Shown in pieces: positions 1 to 10,093 of a stretch of 43,361 bases of DNA; the stretch's first letter is position 1; each line of letters opens with the position of its first letter. Below the pieces are notes generated by a model. That model made no database searches, was not told the origin of the DNA, and saw nothing but the letters and a program-made list of their open reading frames with translations. Origin of the DNA: a virus (Duplodnaviria; Caudoviricetes). The stretch covers positions 1 to 43,361 of the IMG/VR virus record IMGVR_UViG_3300030376_001139; one strand, 5' to 3'. Made by a program: the position numbers and the translations under genes.

Positions 1-98
1 CAAGCACAAGTATCTACAAGAGGACTTGGTGCTGCAAATACATTAGGTGAAAGTAGTGATGATGGATTTATATCACCTGACCCTATGAATCCTGATAA
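1..98 (+). repeat. Terminal direct repeat, left copy (circular-assembly overlap)
   Basis: Bases 1-98 are identical to 43263-43360; the next base differs (a99 vs g43361). Confidence 0.95.
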
Positions 99-1584
99 AG
101 ATGTGTTTGTTTATCCATTTGGTGGCTTTATGTCTAACTTACTATTTGATGATGAAATGTTTTCTGATAGTGATAGAAAAGTACAAATGTCACCTAAAGC
201 TTCATTACAAGGTGTTAACTTATTAGCACAAGGTTTTGTTCCTGGTCCTAACTCTATGGTAGCTTTTGGACTTAGTAAATTAATACCTAAAGCTGAATCA
301 GCTACATCTGCTGTTGGTATTAAAAGTGGTTGGGGTAATGAACTAGAAACATTTATATTTGGAGAATTTCCTCCACCAGAAAAAATAAGTGATGCATTTA
401 GAGAATCACCAGTATATAGAAAACTTGGTGCTGCTATGTTAGATGAAGATGAGTTTGAAAGAATAACTGATGGTTCAGGACAACTTGCAAGGATGCGTGC
501 TAAAAGTACTATTGAATTATTTAGATGGGGTGTAGCTGCTGGTGAATCTCAGAGATTGTATAAAGCTGGTAAGTTAGATAAATATATACCACAGTTATAT
601 CCAGAATTTGATAAGAATGAATTAAATAAAGGTCAAATAGATAATCTTTATTTAGAGTATGCAAAAGAAAAATCAGGTACATTATTTGCATTTCAATTTA
701 TTTATCAGTTCTTTGGTCCTGCTGGATTTAAACCAGAGTTCTTTATTGAAGATGACCAAGGACAAATGTGGGGACAAGCTGTTCTTTATGAAGAATATGT
801 TCGTATTAGAGAACAAGAAGGTGGTAATGATTTAAGAACATATACTGCTTTCTTTGAGGAATTTGGAGTAGAACATCCATATCTATTAAGTCCTAGAACA
901 CAAGCAGAAGGTGGTAAACAAAATTACAGTGTTAGAGTACAAAACCATCAAAAAGATAATCCTGAAATATATGGTAACTTAGAAGTAAGTGGTTATTACT
1001 TAAACATAGATAATCCTTATGAAGAAAAAAATTATAGAGATATTCTAGATTATAAAAATGAATTAAGTCCTGACCAATATCGTAGAGCTATTAATGATAC
1101 TATAGGTTTCTTTAGATATAAAAAATATTCACAAAAGGTTGACAATTTTGAATATATGGATAGTACAAGAAAGACTATTCTTAAAAGACATTATAGAAAT
1201 GAATTAAAATTAGCATTACCTGGTTTCCAATCAGAAGAATATGGTATGGTAAATCCTCCATCTGTTAATGATATTTTTGATGAAATGAAAGAAAGATGGT
1301 TACCTAATCAAGCAATTATGGGAACAGAAGTTGGTAAAGGTTTTGGTGAAATAATGAAGTATTGGACAATTGCAGAATCATTATCTATGCAATATAATAC
1401 ATCAGGAAATCCTGATTGGTGGCTAACATCTAGTGACCCTAAAGCTAAAATGTTAAGAGTATATGTATATAATGGTGCTAATGAAATAATGGAACAATAC
1501 CCTGAGTTTTGGGGTGTATGGAACGGAGTTCTGGTAAAGTTATATAGAGATGACCAAGAAGTATTGGACTATTTTGAAAGATAA
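1..1584 (+). CDS. C-terminal part of a ~1940-aa putative internal virion/ejection protein that starts at 39024
   Basis: The frame is open from base 1 and in frame with ATG 39024 across the terminal overlap, so ATG 85 is internal. Function inferred from size and position between portal and capsid. Confidence 0.75.
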   Translation, partial: QAQVSTRGLGAANTLGESSDDGFISPDPMNPDKDVFVYPFGGFMSNLLFDDEMFSDSDRKVQMSPKASLQGVNLLAQGFVPGPNSMVAFGLSKLIPKAESATSAVGIKSGWGNELETFIFGEFPPPEKISDAFRESPVYRKLGAAMLDEDEFERITDGSGQLARMRAKSTIELFRWGVAAGESQRLYKAGKLDKYIPQLYPEFDKNELNKGQIDNLYLEYAKEKSGTLFAFQFIYQFFGPAGFKPEFFIEDDQGQMWGQAVLYEEYVRIREQEGGNDLRTYTAFFEEFGVEHPYLLSPRTQAEGGKQNYSVRVQNHQKDNPEIYGNLEVSGYYLNIDNPYEEKNYRDILDYKNELSPDQYRRAINDTIGFFRYKKYSQKVDNFEYMDSTRKTILKRHYRNELKLALPGFQSEEYGMVNPPSVNDIFDEMKERWLPNQAIMGTEVGKGFGEIMKYWTIAESLSMQYNTSGNPDWWLTSSDPKAKMLRVYVYNGANEIMEQYPEFWGVWNGVLVKLYRDDQEVLDYFER

Positions 1585-1586
1585 TT

Positions 1587-3011
1587 ATGGATAAAGTAAA
1601 AGCAGCCTGGCGTAAATTTGAATCATGGTTTGAAGCTATTGGACCTGAAAGAGGTTCTGCTTTACAATTTTTTCGTAAAGCTGATAAATGGGTGAATGAA
1701 AATATTCTACCTAATTTAGGTCCAGAAGAACAAAGTGAGTTCGAAAAAGAATTTTATAATTGGTGGAATACTGAAGTAGCTGAAACAGAAGCAGAAATGA
1801 TTGGCGATGAAGATGATGCACCTTTTGATGATACAGACCCTGAAACAGGTTTACCATCTAGAAGTATACCTAGCGATAGGGACCCAGATTTAACAAGTAA
1901 GTCTATACCTGGTAAAGAAGATTATGAAGGTTCTGGTTTACCTGGAGACGAAACATATGGTATTTCTAATAAAAACTTTAATAAATTTTCTCAAAAATAT
2001 GGGTACAATGTTGACCCAGATTTAATTAATGATGAAATACTTAGATTACAATCTGAAGAAGGTGTTGATAATTCTATAGAAATAAGTGAATTATTAGAGT
2101 ATCAAGCACTTATGCAAAGTGATGCTTTAGTTAGACCTGCATACGAAGATAGTGGTAAACCTATTCTTGATGCTAATGGTAATCAATATTTCTTACCGTT
2201 CCAATCACATTTCGATGGTATCAAAGTATCAGACATTATAGATAGTAATGCTTCAGCACAAGAAATAGAAGATTGGCAAAGCTATCTTATTAGACACAAT
2301 ATAGTACCTGATGATTACTTTATTGAAAGTCAAGGAGTAATGTCAGAAAAATTACGTGCATCTATTAAATACGTAATGAATTGGCTAGACCAAAACAGAC
2401 ACGTTGTAAAAGGTACAGATGTATACGCTAATGAAATAGAAGGACAAGATGCTATATTCTTTACATCTTATTCTTCTATGTATGAAGATGCAGATTATCA
2501 TAGAAACTTAATTGGCTATGCATTAAAAGAAATGGCAGGTGAACGTGTTCAACTTGATAAAGCTGAAGATGCAAAGATTGCAGAACAATTAGCTAAAGAA
2601 TACATACCTCCTCGTAAAGAAAACTTAGAAGAAATGGTAGAGGCATACTTTGAACAAAAATTAAATCGTAAACCTACTCAACAAGAACTAGACCAATGGT
2701 CTGGTACATTTGCTGAGAGTTATAATGCCGCTTATGCACAAGCTTTATCAAAAGCACAACAAATAGCTGACCATAATTGGATGGAAGAAAATCCTCAATA
2801 TTTTGAAATGAATTCACAAAGAGAACAATTTGCAAAAGATTATCCTGGAATAGGATATACAGATTTATCACAGTTTAGTAAAAGTAGTCCAGAAGATATT
2901 ATGCAAGACCAATTAGATGCAGAGTTTGGTGAGCAAGAAGATGATGTAGAACGTGGTAAAGCTATTAGACAAATGCAATCTGATTTAATTACGTATATGT
3001 TTGGAGGATAA
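1587..3011 (+). CDS. Acidic putative internal virion protein
   Basis: 474-aa ORF tightly packed in the structural operon (TAATG overlap with next gene); no family recognised. Confidence 0.55.
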   Translation: MDKVKAAWRKFESWFEAIGPERGSALQFFRKADKWVNENILPNLGPEEQSEFEKEFYNWWNTEVAETEAEMIGDEDDAPFDDTDPETGLPSRSIPSDRDPDLTSKSIPGKEDYEGSGLPGDETYGISNKNFNKFSQKYGYNVDPDLINDEILRLQSEEGVDNSIEISELLEYQALMQSDALVRPAYEDSGKPILDANGNQYFLPFQSHFDGIKVSDIIDSNASAQEIEDWQSYLIRHNIVPDDYFIESQGVMSEKLRASIKYVMNWLDQNRHVVKGTDVYANEIEGQDAIFFTSYSSMYEDADYHRNLIGYALKEMAGERVQLDKAEDAKIAEQLAKEYIPPRKENLEEMVEAYFEQKLNRKPTQQELDQWSGTFAESYNAAYAQALSKAQQIADHNWMEENPQYFEMNSQREQFAKDYPGIGYTDLSQFSKSSPEDIMQDQLDAEFGEQEDDVERGKAIRQMQSDLITYMFGG

Positions 3012-5572
3012 TGTTAGGTCTTACAAGTAAGATAGCTGATGATTCTTTAAATTTTATATATAGTGACAAGATAAATCCAGAAAGTCCTCTTTATAAAGAA
3101 TATATAGATTTACTTGAAATCCGAAGCAATTATGAAAAACGTCTTAATAGAATGGAAAGAAGTTGGAAAGCTGGAGATGGCACTTATATAAGTGAACAAC
3201 AATATAATGATATTATTAATCCACTTAAAGAAAAATTAAATTCAACTATCAATCGTATACAACAAATTACAGGAGATGCTGGAAGTAATCAAGCTATGAA
3301 AGTTATAGGTTATAGCTCTGCTAATGACCCTAAAGCTGAAGATTTCAAACCTAAACCTAAAGCAGATTTAGGTGATGCAAATATAGTATTAGCAGACTCT
3401 AGATGGGGACAACTTAGTAACTTAGCTGACCATACATTTACTTATGATGGTAGAGAATATAGAAGTGTTGAGCATGCATATCAAGCTAATAAATCTGGTA
3501 AGTTTCACGAACCTACTTATAGAGCATACTTTGATAGACCTGAAGCTAGAAAAATAAATACAGGACCTCCTGCAAATAAAAAAACAAATATAAAACTTAT
3601 GGAAGATTTATATAGACAAATGTTATCTGAAAATCCAGATATGGTCGACTTGTTAAAAGAAACTGAAGGATTTAATATTACACATCAATTAAAGAAAAAT
3701 GATATATGGACAACTGAAATGCCTAAGATATTAATAAAACTTAGAGATGAATTTGCAACTGGAACTCCTGAACTTAAAACTGTAGGTTGGATAGATGAAT
3801 TAGCTGATAATGAAATATTTGTTTTTGGAAGTAACAAAAAAGGAATACATGGTGCAAATGCTGCATTACAAGCTAAGAATCAATTTGGTGCAGAAATAGG
3901 TGTTGGTGAAGGATTAACTGGACAAACATATGCTTTACCTACAAAATCTACTCCTTATAAAAGTTTAACTGTAGATGAAGTTAGTAAAAATATAGATACG
4001 TTTTTAGAAGTTGCTAAAAATAATCCAGATAAAATTTTTAAAATGACACCTATAGGAACTAATCTAGCTGGATTTGAAGCACAAGAAATAGCAGATTTAT
4101 TATTTAGTAAAGATATACCTAGTAATGTACATGTACCTGAAAGTTTATTTAAATTAAAAGGTGGTACAGGTATTACACCTTCTCCAACTAAAATGATTGA
4201 AGTAGAAGGTGATTTTGGTGGACCCGGAGATGCTTACAGAGCAAGAACCGGTAGAACTGGTGGTACAGTAGGAGATATTACTATTGATTTTGTAACTCAA
4301 GCTACTTATGACAGAGGTGCAGGTAGCGGAGCAACTAAAGGAAGTACACAATCTGGTAAAAAACCTTATCAACCAATTGTTGTTAAAGATGATGGAACAA
4401 TGAAAGGTGGACAAATAGATGAACTAGCACAGATAATTGCAGACAATTTAACTACTGGTAAAACAGTTAACATTGCTGGACATGGTGCTTATGTATCTCC
4501 TGGGAGTAGAACTGGATTTAAACAACCAATGGACCAAGAAGTATTTAATAATGAACTAAATAAAGTATTTGATAAAGTTTTAGAAATTATAGGAGACCAA
4601 CCTATTACAGGTAAAGTTATAACTGGTGGACAATCTGGATACGATTTAGCTGGTTCACGTGCTGCAGCAAGTCATGGTATACCGAATGAAGCATATTACA
4701 GTAGTACAAAAGCAGAAGGCGGTGCATTATTTAGAAACCCAGATGGTCAAGATGTAGATAACCTTGAAGAATTTAGAAAAAGATTTAATAGATTTGGTCC
4801 TGGTGGTATGCCACCTATAGATACACCAGAGTTTGGAGAATGGTATGAAAAAGAAATAGAAGCTAAAAATTCAAAAGAAATAATAAATGATATTGCTAAA
4901 AATGTAGATGTAGAACCTAGTAGGTTAAGGAAAGTTATGGGAGAAGTACCAGGTTTTCTTGTCGTTCCTTTAGAAGCAGCAATAGAAGTAGGGTTAAGAT
5001 ATGGAAGAATGGCTAAAGCTCATCCTAATCTAGCTAAAAATGCTAGAAGATTTATTATGTACGAATTAGCTATGTTTGCTGGAGCTGTAGTTACTGGTCT
5101 TTCTAGTTATTATTCTGCTAAATATGATGCTACCAATGAATTTGGATATAGTAGTAAAGATTTATATTCATCATATAGCTATGACCGTACATCAGAAGAT
5201 AACGTAAGAAGAATGGAAGAATCTGTAGCTTATAATAAAGAAATTACAGAATTGTATGAGTTATATCCTGAATTAAAAGAATACAATGAAACTATGGCTC
5301 ATCAATTTGCAATGCAAGAAGCATCAGAAAATATGGATTTCTTTATTAAAAAAATGCCTACTTATTACATAGATGAAATTTTATTTGAATATGTTCCTGT
5401 ACTTAAAGAAGCTAGAGAAGAATATATAGACAAAAAGTTTTTTAGTGAAGGTGGTTGGAGAGCAGCACTTGCACAACCTCAGCTTGTAGAAAAAGGAATT
5501 GAATGGACAATTGATGCTATACTAGGAAACAAACGAGTCGAAAAGGAAGCTTGGTCTTATGACAACAGGTGA
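3011..5572 (+). CDS. Multidomain protein: NADAR + A1S_2505-type macro-like domain + permuted YpsA/SLOG domain, with a C-terminal hydrophobic helix
   Basis: NADAR: LSNL...YDGREYRSVEHAYQANK...DIW...LIKLRDEF. A1S_2505-type: IFVFGSN.KG.HG..AA..A...FGA..G.GEG..GQTYALPTK...TPIG..LAGF. SLOG: YRART...VNIAG...ITGGQSGYD.AG. Confidence 0.75.
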   Translation: MLGLTSKIADDSLNFIYSDKINPESPLYKEYIDLLEIRSNYEKRLNRMERSWKAGDGTYISEQQYNDIINPLKEKLNSTINRIQQITGDAGSNQAMKVIGYSSANDPKAEDFKPKPKADLGDANIVLADSRWGQLSNLADHTFTYDGREYRSVEHAYQANKSGKFHEPTYRAYFDRPEARKINTGPPANKKTNIKLMEDLYRQMLSENPDMVDLLKETEGFNITHQLKKNDIWTTEMPKILIKLRDEFATGTPELKTVGWIDELADNEIFVFGSNKKGIHGANAALQAKNQFGAEIGVGEGLTGQTYALPTKSTPYKSLTVDEVSKNIDTFLEVAKNNPDKIFKMTPIGTNLAGFEAQEIADLLFSKDIPSNVHVPESLFKLKGGTGITPSPTKMIEVEGDFGGPGDAYRARTGRTGGTVGDITIDFVTQATYDRGAGSGATKGSTQSGKKPYQPIVVKDDGTMKGGQIDELAQIIADNLTTGKTVNIAGHGAYVSPGSRTGFKQPMDQEVFNNELNKVFDKVLEIIGDQPITGKVITGGQSGYDLAGSRAAASHGIPNEAYYSSTKAEGGALFRNPDGQDVDNLEEFRKRFNRFGPGGMPPIDTPEFGEWYEKEIEAKNSKEIINDIAKNVDVEPSRLRKVMGEVPGFLVVPLEAAIEVGLRYGRMAKAHPNLAKNARRFIMYELAMFAGAVVTGLSSYYSAKYDATNEFGYSSKDLYSSYSYDRTSEDNVRRMEESVAYNKEITELYELYPELKEYNETMAHQFAMQEASENMDFFIKKMPTYYIDEILFEYVPVLKEAREEYIDKKFFSEGGWRAALAQPQLVEKGIEWTIDAILGNKRVEKEAWSYDNR

Positions 5573-6884
5573 AGAAAATAATAATAATACAGAATTAACA
5601 GTTGGTACTGCTGGTGGTGTTATATCAGAAGTACAGGAAAATAGAAAAGATAATCCTGAAAATTGGCAAAGTAATTATCCTGATGCAGATATTGTCTATG
5701 TTGTGGGTGAAGGATATAAAATAGTTGTACATGACCCACCTTATCAATACTATATGGATTTACCAGATGATTATGTATTACAAGATATAACTAACATTCC
5801 TAAAAGAGATATTCCTGCAGATGATGATATAGAAGCAGGACACCGTAAAACTATGGGAATACCTGAATTAAGTAAAGATGCATATGATTCAGGTTTTCTT
5901 GACCCATATACAGTACCAGTACCTGTAGGTATATTAGATTTACAAAAAGGTTCTGATTATAAAGAACTAGCATCAAGATTTAACGAAGCTGTTGAAAATA
6001 ATAAAGGCCGTATAACTTCTACATTAATGAATGACCCAGAATATGTAGGGTTGTTAACTGCTGAAATGTATGCAACAGGTGGTGATGTAGCTAAAGCTAT
6101 AACTAATCTAGAAGCAACAGATGCTTATGGTGGTGTTCTTAAAAGATTAAACCTTAAACAAAGCCAAATAGATAATGAAAGATTACAGTTTACAGATAAT
6201 TTACAATGGCAAGAAAACTATGCTAACTATGTAGCTTATTTTAAAGATTTATCAATAGCTAATTATGGTGTAGAACTACCAGAAGAAGTAGCAACTGGAT
6301 TAGCAGAGTTAGTTAATACTGGATACTTTACTACTGCTTCAGCTAATAATCAATTAAATGCAATATTAGATAGTCAATCAACTACAGAGTTAGATTCTAA
6401 AGTATTAAACATATTAGAAGGACAAACTGTTACACAAACTGTATATGGTGAACAAAGAGTACGTGATTTAATGGATACTTATTTACCAGATAGTTTACAT
6501 AACTCAGCAGATTTTGATGTAAAGAAACTTGCAGGAGATTTACGTAAAGCAGGTGTTAATAGCAAAGATGCTGAAGATGCAATTATTGCTAAAATGAAAA
6601 AAACTAGATTTCAATTTTATGATATGTATGATGAAGATATACCTTGGGCAACTATATTGTCAAGCAAACAATCATCTGCTAAAAATATACTAGGTGTTGA
6701 CTTGTCAAGTAATGACCCATTGTTAGATGAGATAATTAAAATGAATGATGTTAGTAAAGAACAACAAAGATTAAGAGAATACGGTTTAAGTAATGGTATG
6801 CAAAAAACTAAAAATGATTTAGCATTAAGTATTATGCAATCATTTGGTACAGGTGTAGTTCCACAACAGAGTTTTAGAGGATAG
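5559..6884 (+). CDS. Putative internal virion protein
   Basis: 441-aa ORF overlapping the upstream gene; function from context only. Confidence 0.5.
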   Translation: MTTGEENNNNTELTVGTAGGVISEVQENRKDNPENWQSNYPDADIVYVVGEGYKIVVHDPPYQYYMDLPDDYVLQDITNIPKRDIPADDDIEAGHRKTMGIPELSKDAYDSGFLDPYTVPVPVGILDLQKGSDYKELASRFNEAVENNKGRITSTLMNDPEYVGLLTAEMYATGGDVAKAITNLEATDAYGGVLKRLNLKQSQIDNERLQFTDNLQWQENYANYVAYFKDLSIANYGVELPEEVATGLAELVNTGYFTTASANNQLNAILDSQSTTELDSKVLNILEGQTVTQTVYGEQRVRDLMDTYLPDSLHNSADFDVKKLAGDLRKAGVNSKDAEDAIIAKMKKTRFQFYDMYDEDIPWATILSSKQSSAKNILGVDLSSNDPLLDEIIKMNDVSKEQQRLREYGLSNGMQKTKNDLALSIMQSFGTGVVPQQSFRG

Positions 6885-6885
6885 T

Positions 6886-7839
6886 ATGGCTGATTTTTTA
6901 GAAGGTGAAGTAAGTAGACAAGTTAAAATACAAAAGAATGGTCAAGTTAAATTTGCTCAATCTGGTAAACGTGAAGGTGAAGATAAATCTGAACTAGAAC
7001 TTATGGAAGAACAAGGGTGGGTACAAACATCTGCATATGACGAAGGTGTAGATATGGCCTCAGCTTATGCTGCATTTTTACCTGAAGATATAGTAGGTAA
7101 GTATGCTGAATCTTGGGCTAAAAGTGGAGATGCTAACATTGCTTTAGCAGCAACTAGAGAAACTAAAGAATGGAAAGATGAATTTGCATACCTACAACGT
7201 AAAGATGGTTCATTAGTTGTAGATGAACTTACTGCTTTATCTACAAAAGCTAGTTATAAAGAAACATTATCTGAAGTAGGTGTTACTAATTTTGAAGACT
7301 TTGAACCATTCTTTAATGACATGATAGGTGGTGGTGAAGAAGAAGACCCAGTATCTGCAGTTGAATTTCAAGATAGAGTAGACATTGTATACGCTGGTGT
7401 TAAAGATAAAATACCTGAAGTAGAAAAATTATTTAGAGATAGATATGGTTTAGATGTTGATAGTGGAAGTATTTTTGCTGCATTAGTTAATCCAACGATT
7501 GAAGATAAGATGTTAGCTGGTGATATATCAACACTTAACTTACAAGCACAAGCTAAATCAAAAGGTTTTAGTTCAACATTTAATAGATTTGAACAGTTAA
7601 GAAAACTTGGAATGACTGAAGAACAAGCTAAATCATTGTATGGTACTGCTGGTAGTGTAATGTCTAGTGCTAGAGCTGCAGGTAGAGATTTAAATATAGG
7701 AACATTAGAAGGTTCAGTAACAGGTGATATGACAGCTACACAAAAGCTAGACAGAATACAAGGAAATATTAGTTCTCAAATGGGATATACATTAGGTGCT
7801 GCAAAAAAAGATGGCAAAGTTACTGGACTAATTGAATAA
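6886..7839 (+). CDS. Putative internal virion protein
   Basis: 317-aa ORF with upstream AGAGGA; last gene before the head-assembly promoter. Confidence 0.5.
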   Translation: MADFLEGEVSRQVKIQKNGQVKFAQSGKREGEDKSELELMEEQGWVQTSAYDEGVDMASAYAAFLPEDIVGKYAESWAKSGDANIALAATRETKEWKDEFAYLQRKDGSLVVDELTALSTKASYKETLSEVGVTNFEDFEPFFNDMIGGGEEEDPVSAVEFQDRVDIVYAGVKDKIPEVEKLFRDRYGLDVDSGSIFAALVNPTIEDKMLAGDISTLNLQAQAKSKGFSSTFNRFEQLRKLGMTEEQAKSLYGTAGSVMSSARAAGRDLNIGTLEGSVTGDMTATQKLDRIQGNISSQMGYTLGAAKKDGKVTGLIE

Positions 7840-7841
7840 CC

Positions 7842-7850
7842 TGCTATAAT
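7842..7850 (+). promoter_or_regulatory. Extended -10 promoter TGCTATAAT
   Basis: Perfect TGnTATAAT just after a stop codon; the same motif recurs at other operon boundaries. Confidence 0.75.
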
Positions 7851-7863
7851 ATAGTTTATGCGT

Positions 7864-8031
7864 TGCGTGGTCCGCTTAATAGACCTGCACTCAGCTTTCG
7901 AAGCCTACGTTGAAAGCTCGTATTAAAACCGTAGAGTAATGGACTTATAACTAAAGCTACCAGGGGATAAGTCAAGTGTTTAAGGTAGCACCCCGGCAAG
8001 ATGCCTATGGTCTTGTCTGATAGGTTAACAC
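7864..8031 (+). ncRNA. Candidate multi-pseudoknot structured RNA / 5' leader of the scaffold-capsid operon
   Basis: GC-richer non-coding stretch with five stems and five loop-to-downstream pairings found by hand; G-U pairs favour the + strand. Confidence 0.65.
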
Positions 8032-8047
8032 ATAGTGGAGGTACAAA

Positions 8048-8515
8048 ATGGAAGAATTTGATGCACCGCAAGAACATGGTGTAAAACAAATGAGAGAAAC
8101 AATTGATAGAAAAGATGATGCTATCAAAAAACTTGAGGCAGAATTAGCTTCTTTTAAAGAAAAAGAAATAGATAATGTCTTTGGTAAATTAGGATTATCT
8201 ACTGACAAGGGTTTCGGCAAAGCGTTAAAACAAGTGTATGATGGACCGATTGATACAGAGTCTATCTCACAGTTTGCTAAAGAAGAGTATGGTTATGAAT
8301 CAACTGGTCAAGTACAGGAAGTAACACAACCCGTATCTGAACCAATAGTTCAAGACGATGCTAGGTCTAGAGTAGCTGCACTTGATGCAAATTCAGTTTC
8401 AGACGTACCTTTAAGTACCAATGAAGAATTAGCCAAAGCTTTACAAGGTGCTTCAGTAAAAGATTCACTTAGAGCTAGGTTAGCAATCATGGAACAAGAC
8501 AAACAGAATAAGTAA
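8048..8515 (+). CDS. Capsid scaffolding protein (putative)
   Basis: 155 aa, acidic, N-terminal coiled coil, GGAGG RBS, immediately upstream of the capsid gene. Confidence 0.6.
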   Translation: MEEFDAPQEHGVKQMRETIDRKDDAIKKLEAELASFKEKEIDNVFGKLGLSTDKGFGKALKQVYDGPIDTESISQFAKEEYGYESTGQVQEVTQPVSEPIVQDDARSRVAALDANSVSDVPLSTNEELAKALQGASVKDSLRARLAIMEQDKQNK

Positions 8516-8549
8516 AAGAATTTAATACGACAACATACGGAGGTATATC

Positions 8550-9689
8550 ATGGCAGCAATAACGCTGACAGGTGACACACTTTACTCCCAAAAGATTAAC
8601 AACTTTACGGGGGAGCTATTCCGTGTAGGTGGTCAAAGAACTCCTTTCTTATCTGCAACAGGTGGCTTGAACGGAGGTAAGGTTTTACAATCTACCTTCT
8701 GGCAAATACAAGCTGCTGACTCACACACAGTATCTTCTGAGCCTACTAAGGCAAAAGAAGGTGACGCACCAACTGAATATCTTGGAAGAGATAGAGTTGC
8801 GTACACAGGTGTGACGCAGATATTCCATAAAGGTGTCAAGATGACTTACACAGCTATGGCAACATTTCAAAATCAGAATCCATTTTCTGTTAATGCAGCT
8901 GGCGGTCCAATAAATACCGTAGCTTCATCTGATGGTGATGGAACAACTACTGCAGGAACCTTATTAGGACTTGCTGGTGGTAACCCAATAGTAGATGAAT
9001 TTGCAGAGCAAATGTCTTTAGCTCTTGAAAAAGTAGCTAGAGAAGTAGAATGGTTTGCATTTAACGGTGGTTACGCAGACGGTGCACACGCTACACCTGG
9101 TTCAGGAACCAGAGAAATGCGTGGTATTTCTGAGTACTGCTCACTAAATGCTAACGCTGATAACACAGTTGCTCCTACATATGTAGGCGGAAACGTTTAT
9201 TGGAACGGTACTACTGGTAACGGTGCTACAGGTACAAACCAAGTACTTTCTTGGGATGCTATCGCTAACTCTCTTAAGAGATTGTATGATGCACATGCTC
9301 CAATGATTCAGCCAGTACTTTGTATAAGTCCACAAATGCTTTTGGACCTTAACAAAGAACTACTAGCTGGTACTGTTGGAATTACAGGTGCTATCCTACC
9401 TAGAGATAGAAACCTTGCTGGTATCGATATTGACGTAATTGTTACTCCATTCGGACAGATTGGAATGATGGTTATTGACCCTAATATCTTACCTGACAAC
9501 ACTGCATTTATTTTAGACTTCGCTTTTATACAGCCAGTCTTTACAAATATCCCTGGATACGGAACAGTATTCGTAAGAGATATTGACCAAAATGCAGATG
9601 CAAAAGTCGCTAAAGGTATCTACATGGAAATGGGGTACGACTTCGGTCCTCCTTCATACCATTTGAAGATAGCTAAAGTAAAAGACTAA
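8550..9689 (+). CDS. Major capsid protein (DUF5309/SU10-like, HK97 fold)
   Basis: TPFLS, TQIF.K, EFAEQMSLALEKVAREVEWFAFNG, TREMRGI and TPFG motifs; strong GGAGG RBS; followed by a terminator. Confidence 0.85.
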   Translation: MAAITLTGDTLYSQKINNFTGELFRVGGQRTPFLSATGGLNGGKVLQSTFWQIQAADSHTVSSEPTKAKEGDAPTEYLGRDRVAYTGVTQIFHKGVKMTYTAMATFQNQNPFSVNAAGGPINTVASSDGDGTTTAGTLLGLAGGNPIVDEFAEQMSLALEKVAREVEWFAFNGGYADGAHATPGSGTREMRGISEYCSLNANADNTVAPTYVGGNVYWNGTTGNGATGTNQVLSWDAIANSLKRLYDAHAPMIQPVLCISPQMLLDLNKELLAGTVGITGAILPRDRNLAGIDIDVIVTPFGQIGMMVIDPNILPDNTAFILDFAFIQPVFTNIPGYGTVFVRDIDQNADAKVAKGIYMEMGYDFGPPSYHLKIAKVKD

Positions 9690-9703
9690 CAAATTTGAAG
9701 ATT

Positions 9704-9738
9704 TGGGGGGAATCCACCTTCCTCCCATTTCTTCTGTT
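9704..9738 (+). terminator. Intrinsic terminator after the capsid gene
   Basis: TGGGGGGAA / TTCCTCCCA stem followed by TTTCTTCTGTT. Confidence 0.6.
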
Positions 9739-9743
9739 ATAGT
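9735..9743 (+). promoter_or_regulatory. Extended -10-like promoter TGTTATAGT
   Basis: One mismatch to TGnTATAAT, 9 nt before ATG 9753. Confidence 0.45.
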
Positions 9744-9752
9744 AAGGAAGAT

Positions 9753-10085
9753 ATGCAATTACAAAAAGAAGTTTTAATCGACATTTCAGATAATGCTGTA
9801 AACTCATCCGCTGCACAGTGTGATGGTTTATTGCTATCAGGTATTGTATTTCCAGCAGCAATGACTGGTTCTACAGTAACATTTGATTTTTCATTTGATG
9901 GAAGTACCTGGGTAGATGTAGTAGAGACAGATGGTACTGAAGTATCATACTCAGTTTCAGCAGGAAACGTAGTAAGAGTAGACCCTAGTGGTTGGGCTTT
10001 TGCTTCTCCTGGATTTTTAAGAGTAACATCTAGTAACTCTGAAGCAGCCGATAGAACATTAAATTTAATATTTAAACAAAGTTAG
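9753..10085 (+). CDS. Small beta-rich virion structural protein
   Basis: 110 aa with beta-sandwich-like patterning, directly after the capsid gene. Confidence 0.55.
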   Translation: MQLQKEVLIDISDNAVNSSAAQCDGLLLSGIVFPAAMTGSTVTFDFSFDGSTWVDVVETDGTEVSYSVSAGNVVRVDPSGWAFASPGFLRVTSSNSEAADRTLNLIFKQS

Positions 10086-10093
10086 GAGTCGTT

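Noticed and set aside
7858-7926. Leaderless 22-aa uORF MRCVVRLIDLHSAFEAYVESSY after the promoter
   Set aside because: No coding evidence beyond spacing, and the bases are explained by RNA pairing; a regulatory role is not excluded.
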